A DNA stretch of 64,000 bases from Candidatus Multivoradales bacterium (lineage in GTDB: Bacteria; Acidobacteriota; Thermoanaerobaculia; Multivoradales; J023): assembly GCA_965248925.1 (NCBI GenBank), contig CBDFLE010000006.1:640001-704000 (forward strand), in the 5' to 3' direction. This document shows positions 28,562 through 37,681 of the stretch, piece by piece (within the stretch, counting starts at the first letter, position 1; each line of letters begins with the position of its first letter). The notes below the pieces were generated by a model. The model saw only the letters and a program-made list of their open reading frames with translations. It was not told the origin of the DNA and searched no databases. The position numbers were made by a program, and so were the translations under genes.

Positions 28562-29436
28562 AGCCCGCACCCTTCGAATACCACCGCCCGGAGACCCTCG
28601 CTGAAGCCCTGGCGCTGCTAGCCGAGCACGGCGACGAGGCCAAGCCCCTGGCCGGCGGCCAAAGTCTGGTGCCAGCAATGAATTTTCGCCTCGCCCAGCC
28701 GGGGATCTTGATCGACATCAACCGCCTCGACGGCCAGGGAGCCGACCTGCTCGGCGGCATCGAGCCAACCGCCGAGGGGGGAGTGCGCATCGGCGCCATG
28801 GCCCGCCACCGCGCCGTCGAACTGAGCCAGCTGATCCGCCAACGCGCGCCACTGCTACACCAGGTTATGCCGTCGATCGCCCACCCCCAGATCCGCAACC
28901 GCGGCACGGTGGGCGGCAGCCTGGCACACGCCGATCCGGCCGCCGAGTTGCCGGCGGTGATGCTGGCTTTGGGCGCTCGCTTCTTCCTCCGCAATACCAC
29001 TGGCGAGCGCTCGGTTGCTGCTGAAGATTTCTACACCGGCCTGTTTGAAACCGCTCTACGACCCGGCGAGCTATTGGCCGCCATCGAGGTGCCACCCACC
29101 TCGGCGGGCAGCGGCTCGGCGTTCCTGGAGCTGTCGCGACGCCAGGGTGACTTCGCCCTGGTGGGAGTCGCCGTGCATCTGGAGCGGGCCGCGGACGGCA
29201 CCCTCCGCCGCCCCAAGATTTGCTACCTGAGCGTCGGCGACGGACCGGTCGAGGCTCGGGCGGCACAAGCGATGCTCACTGGCCAACCGCCCTCGACCGA
29301 GCTGTTCGCAGCCGCCGCAGCGGCTGCCGCCAAGGACGATGTGGACCCGCCCGCCGACATTCACGCCTCGGCAGATTACCGGCGGCATCTGGTCCGGGTG
29401 CTGACCCGGCGGGCGCTCGCGGCAGCACTGCCCTGA
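28558..29436 (+). CDS. FAD-binding medium subunit, CoxM-like
   Basis: MKPAPFEYHRP, LAGGQSL, IRNRGTVGGSLAHADP. Confidence 0.95.
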   Translation: MKPAPFEYHRPETLAEALALLAEHGDEAKPLAGGQSLVPAMNFRLAQPGILIDINRLDGQGADLLGGIEPTAEGGVRIGAMARHRAVELSQLIRQRAPLLHQVMPSIAHPQIRNRGTVGGSLAHADPAAELPAVMLALGARFFLRNTTGERSVAAEDFYTGLFETALRPGELLAAIEVPPTSAGSGSAFLELSRRQGDFALVGVAVHLERAADGTLRRPKICYLSVGDGPVEARAAQAMLTGQPPSTELFAAAAAAAAKDDVDPPADIHASADYRRHLVRVLTRRALAAALP

Positions 29437-29591
29437 ATTAACAAACCGCTCAAAATACAGAGCTTACGACGACGACTTGCTATTGAACGCGGTTCCTCGC
29501 CAACTTTCTCGTCCGCCGTGGCCGATCTGGCGCATGGACGTCGCAGAGAGGAGTAGACACTCAGATCTGCCCCTTTTCTTGCGAGGTACCC

Positions 29592-32321
29592 ATGCTACGA
29601 ATCCCCAAACACCTGATCCTGTGGGCAATGCTCACCGTCAGTTGGCCCGCTCTCGGCCAAACTCCCGAGCTGATCCTCGACATAGCCACCATCGGCGACA
29701 GTGCCGCTGATCTCCGTCCTTCTTCATTCCTGTCCGCAGGTGGAGTGACGGTCTTTTCCGCTGACGATCAACTGCACGGCACCGAACTCTGGATCACCGA
29801 CGGTACCGCCGCCGGCACCGAGATGATCATCGACCTATTCCCTGGGCCCACCAACAGCAACCCGGTTCCATTGGCCGTCTTGGGCTTGGACTTCTTCTTC
29901 GTCGGCGAAGACGTCATCCATGGGAAGGAGCTGTGGAAGACCGACGGCACCACTGCGGGTACCGAGCTGGTGCTCGACATCCTGCCCGGAACCGGGGGTT
30001 CGTTTCCCAGTCACTTCGTCGTCCTGGGCGGCAAGTTGGTCTTCAAGGCTCTCGGCAGCTCAGGTGATGAGCTGTGGATCAGCGACGGCACCACCGCTGG
30101 AACCGAGATGGTGGATATCAATCCCGGTCCAACATCGTCGAGTCCTGATGACCTGGAGTTGGTCGGTCTAACTGCCTATTTCTCCGCCGACGATGGCACC
30201 CACGGGCGCGAGCTGTGGCAGACCGATGGGACGGTCGCGGGTACCGAGCTGGTGGCGGACATCGAGCCCGGTGCGGTGGGCTCGGACCCTCACGGTTTGG
30301 AACAGACCGCCTCAATCGTCGTGTTTTCGGCGGAGACAGCAGCCTCGGGTCGCGAGCCCTGGCGCAGCAATGGCACAGCCGTCGGCACCACGCTGCTCGA
30401 CGACATCGTGCCTGGCTCCGGCAGCTCGAACCCCTCTCAATTCAGCTTTGACGGTGCCACCGCGGTCTATTTCGTGGCCGATGACGGCACCACCGGGGCT
30501 GAGCTGTGGAAGGGCGATGGTAGCGGCGCCACCTTCGTCCGCGACCTCAATCCGGGAACTGGTGGAGGTTCGATCTCGCAACTCACTCCCCTGGACGGCA
30601 AGATGATCTTCTCGGCCAACAACGGTTCTGCCGGCCAAGAGCCCTGGGTGTCCGACGGCACCTTCGCCGGCACCTTCATGCTCGGAGATCTGGCGGTGTC
30701 CCCAGGTATTACCAGCTCCACACCCAACAGCGTTACAGTCTTTGACGATATGGTCTACTTCGCTGCCTTCGGTAGCAGCCTCGGACGAGAGCTGTGGCAA
30801 ACCGATGGAACAGCCCTGGGCACTACGCTGGTCATCGACCTGGATCCAGGCAGCAGCGGCTCGAACCCCACCTCCTTACACGCTACGGCCTCCATGTTGA
30901 TGTTCCAGGCCGAATCGAGCAACGAGCTGGGCATCGAGTTGTGGGTCAGCGACGGCACGGAGGTCGGCACTGAAACCCTCACCGACACCCAGGAATTCAG
31001 CTCCGAGCTCACCACTCCGGTGTTTGTCGGCGACCTCGCCTTCTTTCTCGCCGACGAATCGGTTCACGGCGAGGAACTATGGATCAGCGATGGCACCGCC
31101 TCTGGCACCTTCGTGGTGGACATTCGCCCAGGGCTTGACAGCTCCAACCTAGCCGACCTGACGGCCTGGGACGATCGCCTTTTCTTTGTTGCCGACGACG
31201 GCGTCCACGGTAGAGAGCTGTGGGTTTCTGACGGCACGGTTCTCGGAACCGTGCTCTTTGCAGATCTGGAGATTGGAGCTTCAGGCTCCAACCCTGGCCA
31301 GCCCACCGTGGTCGGCGACCAGCTATTCTTCAGAGCTGACGTGGGTCTTGAGCAGGCCGAGCTGTGGGCCAGCGATGGCACCGAGTTGGGCACGGCTCTG
31401 GTCAAGGACATCTGGCCCGAGGATGACGAGTCTTCGTACCCCGATAATCTCACCCGGGTGGGGGATCGGTTGTTCTTCACCGCCGAGAACGGAGTCGACG
31501 GCGACGAGCTGTGGATCAGCGACGGCACTGAGGTGGGCACAACGCAGGTACTCGATATCCGCCCCGGCAGCAGCGGCGCGAATCCCGAGAAGCTCACCGA
31601 CGTCGACGGCGCCATCTTCTTCTCCGCCGATGACGGGGTCGCCGGACGCGAGCTGTGGACCAGCGACGGTACCGCTTTTGGCACTTTCTTGGTACTCGAT
31701 ATCGAAAGCGGCTCCAACGGCTCTCGCCCCGAAGACTTGACCGCCTTGGGCTGTTTACTGGTCTTTGACGGAGACGACCCGCTGACCGGCGATGAGCCCT
31801 GGGTGAGTGATGGCACGGCCCTTGGTACTTTCCCCTTGGCAGATATCGACCTGGGAAGCTTAGGCTCGGATCCGACGGATTTCCTGTCGGTCGGCAATCT
31901 GGTGTTTTTCAGCGCCGAGGATCCTCTGACCGGCGACGAACTCTGGGCCACCGATGGCACGATCGCCGGCACAGCATTGGTGGCTGACCTGGTACCGGGC
32001 GCCGTGGGCTCCAATCCACGCAGCCTTGCCAGCGACGGTGAGCGCCTGTTCTTTGCCGCCGACGATGCTGCCGCTGGACGGGAGGTCTGGCAATCCGACG
32101 GCAGCGAGGCCGGGACTCACCGCTTGACCGATCTGTGGGCCGGAGCCGCGAACAGCGACCCCGAGCACCTGGCGGCATCCCCGGATGGCCGTTGGCTGTT
32201 TTTCGCCGGCTGGACTGAGGCGACCTGGGAGGAGCCTTGGCGGCTGGACGTCGAAGTACCACTCTTCGCCGACGGCTTCGAATCTGGCGACACACTGGGC
32301 TGGGATATTACTGGCCCTTAA
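29592..32321 (+). CDS. Secreted ELWxxDGT-repeat beta-propeller protein
   Basis: Signal peptide; many (more than 12) ELWxSDGT/EPWxSDGT repeats; C-terminal LFADGFESGD. Confidence 0.93.
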   Translation: MLRIPKHLILWAMLTVSWPALGQTPELILDIATIGDSAADLRPSSFLSAGGVTVFSADDQLHGTELWITDGTAAGTEMIIDLFPGPTNSNPVPLAVLGLDFFFVGEDVIHGKELWKTDGTTAGTELVLDILPGTGGSFPSHFVVLGGKLVFKALGSSGDELWISDGTTAGTEMVDINPGPTSSSPDDLELVGLTAYFSADDGTHGRELWQTDGTVAGTELVADIEPGAVGSDPHGLEQTASIVVFSAETAASGREPWRSNGTAVGTTLLDDIVPGSGSSNPSQFSFDGATAVYFVADDGTTGAELWKGDGSGATFVRDLNPGTGGGSISQLTPLDGKMIFSANNGSAGQEPWVSDGTFAGTFMLGDLAVSPGITSSTPNSVTVFDDMVYFAAFGSSLGRELWQTDGTALGTTLVIDLDPGSSGSNPTSLHATASMLMFQAESSNELGIELWVSDGTEVGTETLTDTQEFSSELTTPVFVGDLAFFLADESVHGEELWISDGTASGTFVVDIRPGLDSSNLADLTAWDDRLFFVADDGVHGRELWVSDGTVLGTVLFADLEIGASGSNPGQPTVVGDQLFFRADVGLEQAELWASDGTELGTALVKDIWPEDDESSYPDNLTRVGDRLFFTAENGVDGDELWISDGTEVGTTQVLDIRPGSSGANPEKLTDVDGAIFFSADDGVAGRELWTSDGTAFGTFLVLDIESGSNGSRPEDLTALGCLLVFDGDDPLTGDEPWVSDGTALGTFPLADIDLGSLGSDPTDFLSVGNLVFFSAEDPLTGDELWATDGTIAGTALVADLVPGAVGSNPRSLASDGERLFFAADDAAAGREVWQSDGSEAGTHRLTDLWAGAANSDPEHLAASPDGRWLFFAGWTEATWEEPWRLDVEVPLFADGFESGDTLGWDITGP

Positions 32322-35092
32322 CTTTCGGCCCGCTTCGCGGCCTGGCGGCTTGCCTCCAACCACTGCGGGTCCGCCAAACCCCAGGTCGCGAGGGTGCTCA
32401 GGCAGCCGCTAAACAACACGTCTGCTTCCGCCGTCAGGCCCTGAGCTTCCAAAGCCCGGGCGAGCCCGCAAGCCGCCTCTGCCACACGGGGATGGCCGGG
32501 ATCGAGAAACGACTTGCGCAGCAGCAGGGCGTGGCGAAACAGCTCGGCTGCTTCCTCCAGCCGGCCTTGAGCCAACCGCGCTGCCGCCAGCAGGATCTCG
32601 GTGTCGGCAAGGCGGTAGTCGCTCTCGGCTGGCCCTGCCAGAGTCGCAAGCACACCCGCCAGGGAATCTGCAGATTCGTCGACCCTCCCAAGGTGCAGCA
32701 GAACTCCAGCTAGCTGAACGTCTAGGAAGGGATCGCGGTCTAGGTCTCCCCGAGCCCTGTCTGAGCTCTGCAGCAGCAAGAGAGCCTCTTCCAGCCGGCC
32801 CTGGAGCTCGATCACCCGCGCCAAGTTGCGGTTGGTGCTGGCAATCTGCGGGTGCTGCTCGCTCACCAGACGCGACCACAGATCCAAAGCCTGGCGTAGC
32901 ACCGACTCCGCTTCTTGTAGCTTTCCCTGAGTCGCCAATGTTGCCCCCAGGTTGTTGAGCGAATTAGCAGCCGCCGTCGACTCCTCGCCGTAGACCCCCT
33001 GCTTCTGGGCCAGCAGCCGTCGTTCCACCGCCTCCGCTTGATCCAACCGGTTCATCCGCAAGAGTGCCGAGCTGAGATTGCCTCGGAGGGTCAACAAGAA
33101 AGGATGTTGGTCACCCAACTCCTGTTCGACCAAGTCCCGCGCCTCGCCAAGCAGGTCCACCGCCTCTTGCGGACGGGACTGCTCCAGCCTAAGGATCGCC
33201 AAGGAATTGAGATTCGACGCGGTAGCCAAACCCGGCGTCGGCTCCAACTCGCGGCGCAGAGCAAGGGCATCCTCCAGAAGGACCGAAGTCTCCTCGGCCG
33301 TGGCTGGCAACACCATGGCCAGATCCTGCAGGCACTGCGCCACCGCTTCCCCCTGCATTCCCAGCAGCCGGCGATGGTTGGCCAAGGACTGCCGCAGCAA
33401 ATCCTCGGCAACCTCGGGGTCGCCCGCAGCAGCCTCCAACTTGGCCAAGTCGTGGGCAATAGAGAGGCCCTCGAGGTCATCGGCACCCCCGAGTTCCCGG
33501 CGCTGGGCTAGGGCCCGCCCCAACAACTGCCGGCTACTTTCGAATTGGCTGTGCGCCCGATGCGCGATGCCGAGCACATGCCGCAGCCGTGCCTGCACTG
33601 CCGGCTGGTCCGCCAACTCGTCGATCACTCGATCCGAGTAGCGCTCCAAAAGCTCGTCGACCCGCATCGACTTGCCGTCCGGGGTCTGGGTGGGATTCGC
33701 CAGCTCGAAGAGCTCTACCAGGACGCCGCTGACCTGCTCGGCAGAGTTGCGTTCCAGTCGGGCTTGGTCGCGTTCCTCGGCTAGCGCCCGGGACTGCAGC
33801 AAAGTCGTGATTGTGAACGCGAGGCCCAAAAGGACCAGAGCAGTGACCGCTACTACTCCCCACCGATGCCGCTGGACGAAACGCCCGGCGCGGTAGCGGA
33901 TCGTGTCCGGACGAGCACGCACCGGCTCTCCTTCCAGATGCCGCCGAATATCCTCCGACAGCTCTTCTGCCGTACCGTAGCGCCGTTCTGGGTCCTTGCG
34001 CAGGGCTTGGCCGACGATGGTGTCGAGATCACCGAGCAACAGCCGGCGCCAGCGCTCCGGCCGGAGGCGCCGAGCGGCGGCCAGCTCCGCACCGTCTGTC
34101 CCGCCACCGGCTGGGCGAACTACCGAGCTGGGTGCCGCGGGCTCGATCTCGCAAATCGCGGTCTCCAGCTGCGCGCTGCTCAGCTCGGCACCGGTGAATG
34201 GCCGGCGACCGGTCAACAACTCGTAGAGCAGGATTCCGAGACCATAGGTATCCGTGGCTAAGGTGATTGACTGGCCGCGAATCTGCTCTGGCGAAGCGTG
34301 CTCCGGAGTCATCAGGCGCTGCTGCGACCGAGTCAAGCCGAGCTCGGGTTCCTCCGAGCTGAGCAGCTTGGCGATGCCGAAATCCAGCAGGTGAACCTGG
34401 CCATCGGGGGAAACAAGAATATTCGACGGTTTGAGGTCGCGGTGCACCACCAGATTCTGGTGGGCGTATTGTACCGCTTGGCAAACCTCCCGGAAGAGCT
34501 TCAATCGGTCGCTGATCGGCAGAGCTTGTCGGTCGCAGTAGTCGGTGATCGGCAGGCCTTCGATCAATGGCATGACCAGAAAGGGACGACCATCGTCGGT
34601 CATGCCACCGTCGAGAAGCTGGGCGATATTGGGATGTCGCAGCCGCGCCAATATCTGCCGTTCGCGTCGAAAACGAGCCGCGATCTCGAAGGCCTGAAGC
34701 CCAGGACGGATGACCTTCAGCGCCACCAGATGGCGATAGTCATCGACTCGCTCGGCCCGGTAGACGGTGCCCATACCACCACGGCCGATCTCCTCGATCA
34801 CCTGGTAGGCCCCGATGCGCAGCCCCTCCACGACCGTTTCGCTTTCCGGGTGAGCTTGAAACAACTGTTCGATCTGCAGCCGGGGAGGATCGCCGTGGGC
34901 AGCCAGCATGGCCTCTACTTCGCTCCTCAACCCGGTGTCCACCGGGGTGCCAGGACCGTTACCTTGTTCGACCTCCAGCCACCACGCCAAACGCTCCTCG
35001 GGCGCAACTTCCAGCAGCTGCAAAAAGAGCTCCCGCACCCTGCGCCAACGGCCTTCGTCCACCGGTCCTACCCGCCGCTGCCGATCATCCAT
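32318..35092 (-). CDS. Hanks-type Ser/Thr protein kinase with TM helix and TPR repeats
   Basis: IGRGGMGTVY, VALK, HRDLKPSN, DFG, SPE; TM helix; TPR repeats; start overlaps the ECF stop. Confidence 0.95.
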   Translation of the reverse strand: MDDRQRRVGPVDEGRWRRVRELFLQLLEVAPEERLAWWLEVEQGNGPGTPVDTGLRSEVEAMLAAHGDPPRLQIEQLFQAHPESETVVEGLRIGAYQVIEEIGRGGMGTVYRAERVDDYRHLVALKVIRPGLQAFEIAARFRRERQILARLRHPNIAQLLDGGMTDDGRPFLVMPLIEGLPITDYCDRQALPISDRLKLFREVCQAVQYAHQNLVVHRDLKPSNILVSPDGQVHLLDFGIAKLLSSEEPELGLTRSQQRLMTPEHASPEQIRGQSITLATDTYGLGILLYELLTGRRPFTGAELSSAQLETAICEIEPAAPSSVVRPAGGGTDGAELAAARRLRPERWRRLLLGDLDTIVGQALRKDPERRYGTAEELSEDIRRHLEGEPVRARPDTIRYRAGRFVQRHRWGVVAVTALVLLGLAFTITTLLQSRALAEERDQARLERNSAEQVSGVLVELFELANPTQTPDGKSMRVDELLERYSDRVIDELADQPAVQARLRHVLGIAHRAHSQFESSRQLLGRALAQRRELGGADDLEGLSIAHDLAKLEAAAGDPEVAEDLLRQSLANHRRLLGMQGEAVAQCLQDLAMVLPATAEETSVLLEDALALRRELEPTPGLATASNLNSLAILRLEQSRPQEAVDLLGEARDLVEQELGDQHPFLLTLRGNLSSALLRMNRLDQAEAVERRLLAQKQGVYGEESTAAANSLNNLGATLATQGKLQEAESVLRQALDLWSRLVSEQHPQIASTNRNLARVIELQGRLEEALLLLQSSDRARGDLDRDPFLDVQLAGVLLHLGRVDESADSLAGVLATLAGPAESDYRLADTEILLAAARLAQGRLEEAAELFRHALLLRKSFLDPGHPRVAEAACGLARALEAQGLTAEADVLFSGCLSTLATWGLADPQWLEASRQAAKRAES

Positions 35093-35708
35093 CGGCAGGT
35101 CCGATTTCACCCAAGCCAGCGATGAGGCCCTCGGCACCCAGGTCGCCAGTCACCTCCTTGCGCAACCAAGCCCGGGCGCAGATCCAATCCCGACGAACTG
35201 TGCGCACGGAAATCCCCAGAGCGGTCGCCACCTCTTGCATGTCGAGGCCGGTGAAGAACCGCAGCTGTACCACACTGGCCGCTCGATCGTCCACCGCAGC
35301 CAAGCGGGCCAGGGCGTCGTCCAAGGCCAAGATCTCGTCGGCCTGCCGGGTGGTGAGAAAAGCTTCGGCCTCGTCGAGCGGTACCGGGGTGGCACCGCCG
35401 CCACGCTTCAGCCGCTTGCGGGCTCGGGCATAGTCCACCAATACCCGACGCATGGTGCGGCTGGCGGCGCCAAAGAACTGTCCGCGATCCGCAACGCTGA
35501 CCTTGCCGCCGCCGAGCAATCGCAGATACGCCTCATGAACCAACGCCGTGGTCACCAGAGTGTGGTCCGGTCGCTCGCGACGTAGGTTCTCTCGGGCGAT
35601 TCGCCGCAACTCCCCATAGAGCAGCGGCATCAAATCGTCCAATGCCTCGCGCTCCCCTCGCCCCAGGCAGTGCAGCAGGCGGGTCACCTCGCCGGACTTC
35701 TCCATCAC
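35085..35708 (-). CDS. ECF sigma factor, TIGR02999/ECF43-like, coupled to the kinase
   Basis: HTLVTTALVHEAYLRL, RFFTGL, RTVRRDW. Confidence 0.93.
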   Translation of the reverse strand: MMEKSGEVTRLLHCLGRGEREALDDLMPLLYGELRRIARENLRRERPDHTLVTTALVHEAYLRLLGGGKVSVADRGQFFGAASRTMRRVLVDYARARKRLKRGGGATPVPLDEAEAFLTTRQADEILALDDALARLAAVDDRAASVVQLRFFTGLDMQEVATALGISVRTVRRDWICARAWLRKEVTGDLGAEGLIAGLGEIGPADG

Positions 35709-35901
35709 CCGACGAACCTATCACTGGCCTACCCGTCGCTCGCTCAGCAGGCCAGCATCAAGCGACAGTTCCTCTGGTTGATTGGCGCGGCCTGCCAGCG
35801 CCGAGCAGCGAGGCCCGAGCGGGCCGGGGACCAACGACTGCTCAGCGGCGTGCCGGATCGAGATGGAGCTCACCGCGAACCGGCTCCTGATCTCAGCAAG
35901 C

Positions 35902-37299
35902 CTACCGGCCGGTGAAGCGATCTCCGTCCAGAGATTCCGCGGGCTTAGCATCCTCCTGAGCGGCGATCTTGTAGAGATAGCGGCGGCCACGCAAGAAGAG
36001 CTCTTTTCCGGCGATCGCAGGAGAGGCATCGAAGTCATCGTCGAGCTGATTCTCGGCCAGCACCTCGAAGCTGTCGCCAGCGCGGAGTACCACCGCCGCA
36101 CCATCACGGCCAATGACATAGATCCTGCCGGCCGCTACCACCGGCGAGGCATAGACGTTGCTGATCCCCGGCAAACGCTGCTCGGTGAAACGCACCTCAC
36201 CGCTGGCGGCATCAAGACAGGTGTAGATGTTCTTGAATTGCTTGATGAAGCACAACCGCTCGCCATCGAGCACCGCAGAAGGTACGTAGGGAGTGTGTCG
36301 TTCGTGGGTCCAGAGGAGCGCTTCGCTATCTGCCAAATCACCCTTGGCCTTCGCCAAATCGATCGCCTGCACGACCTGGCCACGGTAGCCGCTCGCCAAG
36401 TAGACCACCGAGCCGAGCGCCAACGGCGTCGGAATGGTGTTGACGGTCATGCCGCCAAGAGTCCAAAGCTCTTCACCGGTAGCCAGGTCGTAGCCGCGGC
36501 TCTTACCGGTGGCGGGCACCACAACCTGGGCCCGACCCTCGACCTCGACCACCAACGGCGTGGCCCAGCTGGTCACCTCACTTGGCCTCTCGGCGCGCCA
36601 GCGCTCAGCACCGGTGGCGGCGTCGAGCGCCACCAGGAATGAGTCGCCTTCGTGATCTCAAGTCAAGACCAATGTATCGCCGAACAGGGCCGGCGAACTA
36701 CCCTCCCCAAAACCGTTGCGAGTGGTCATATCGCCGAGGTCGACTTGCCACAGCTGCTGACCGTCGAGATCGTAGGCGAACAAGCCGTTGGAACCAAAAT
36801 TAGCGAACAACCGTCGACCGTCGGTGAGCGGCGAGGCCGATGCCCAGGAGGCATCGATGTAGTGACTCTCGTGGGGCACTCGCTCAGCAGCCGTGCGCTG
36901 CCAAATCAGGCTGCCGTCGTGGCGCGAGTAGGCCAACACCAGAAAGCGCTGCCTAACCGGTTCGACAGCCGGCGGCCACTCCTTGCGCTGCTGCTTGTCG
37001 GCCGCCACCTGCTGCGAGACGGCATAAGCCGCCGGATCTACGGCCACGGCGCTCAACACGAAGACCCGATCGCCCCAGACCACCGGCGAGGCCAATCCGA
37101 GACCTGGCAGCTCGATCTTGAAAGCGACGTTGTTGTTCTCGCTCCAAGAGATCGGCGGATCACCGGCCGGACTCTGGCCGGTGTGGAGCGGACCGCGCCA
37201 CTGCGGCCAATAGCCGGCAGCCTCTTGGGCTGCCAAGGCTAGCGCGGCGAATTGTCCTACGATGACGACAGCTAGCAACACGATCCGATCTAAGCGCAT
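35902..37299 (-). pseudogene. PQQ-like/BamB-like beta-propeller protein interrupted by an in-frame TGA at 36660-36658
   Basis: Signal peptide, WPQWRGP and ASP repeats; the two ORFs are in the same frame: ...LVLT*DHEGDSFLVALD. Confidence 0.8.
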
Positions 37300-37454
37300 C
37301 AGCAGACTCCTCCTCTTGTTTAGTACATCCATCCTAACTTCCGTTGGGACAAGTACAGACCTTCGGCAGATGTTTCACGCCGCCGAGCAGGGCACACTAT
37401 AGATCGCCGGCCCGATGTCGAGCCGGCCTCCCTGATCGGAAGCCCTGCGTCTTC

Positions 37455-37485
37455 AAGGCCCGGCGTCGTTGCCGGGCCTTCTTTT
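37455..37485 (+). terminator. Intrinsic terminator-like hairpin upstream of the S8 peptidase
   Basis: AAGGCCCGGC-GTCGTT-GCCGGGCCTT followed by CTTTT. Confidence 0.65.
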
Positions 37486-37681
37486 CGTGCACTCAGAACG
37501 TGCGTTCAGAACGTCGACCTCGCATGCAGATATCTCATACAGATATCTATAACTCTGCTCCAACCTTTGTTAGGACCAAATCCCAACGCGGGTCAGTGGT
37601 CCGACATCGCAGCCGCGGCCAGTATTGACTCGCGGCTGGCACTGCTTTTCCGATCAACATCGACACTCAGAGGATTCTGAC

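Noticed and set aside
29592-32321. Regularly spaced GAGCTGTGG DNA repeats
   Set aside because: Explained by ELWxxDGT protein repeats
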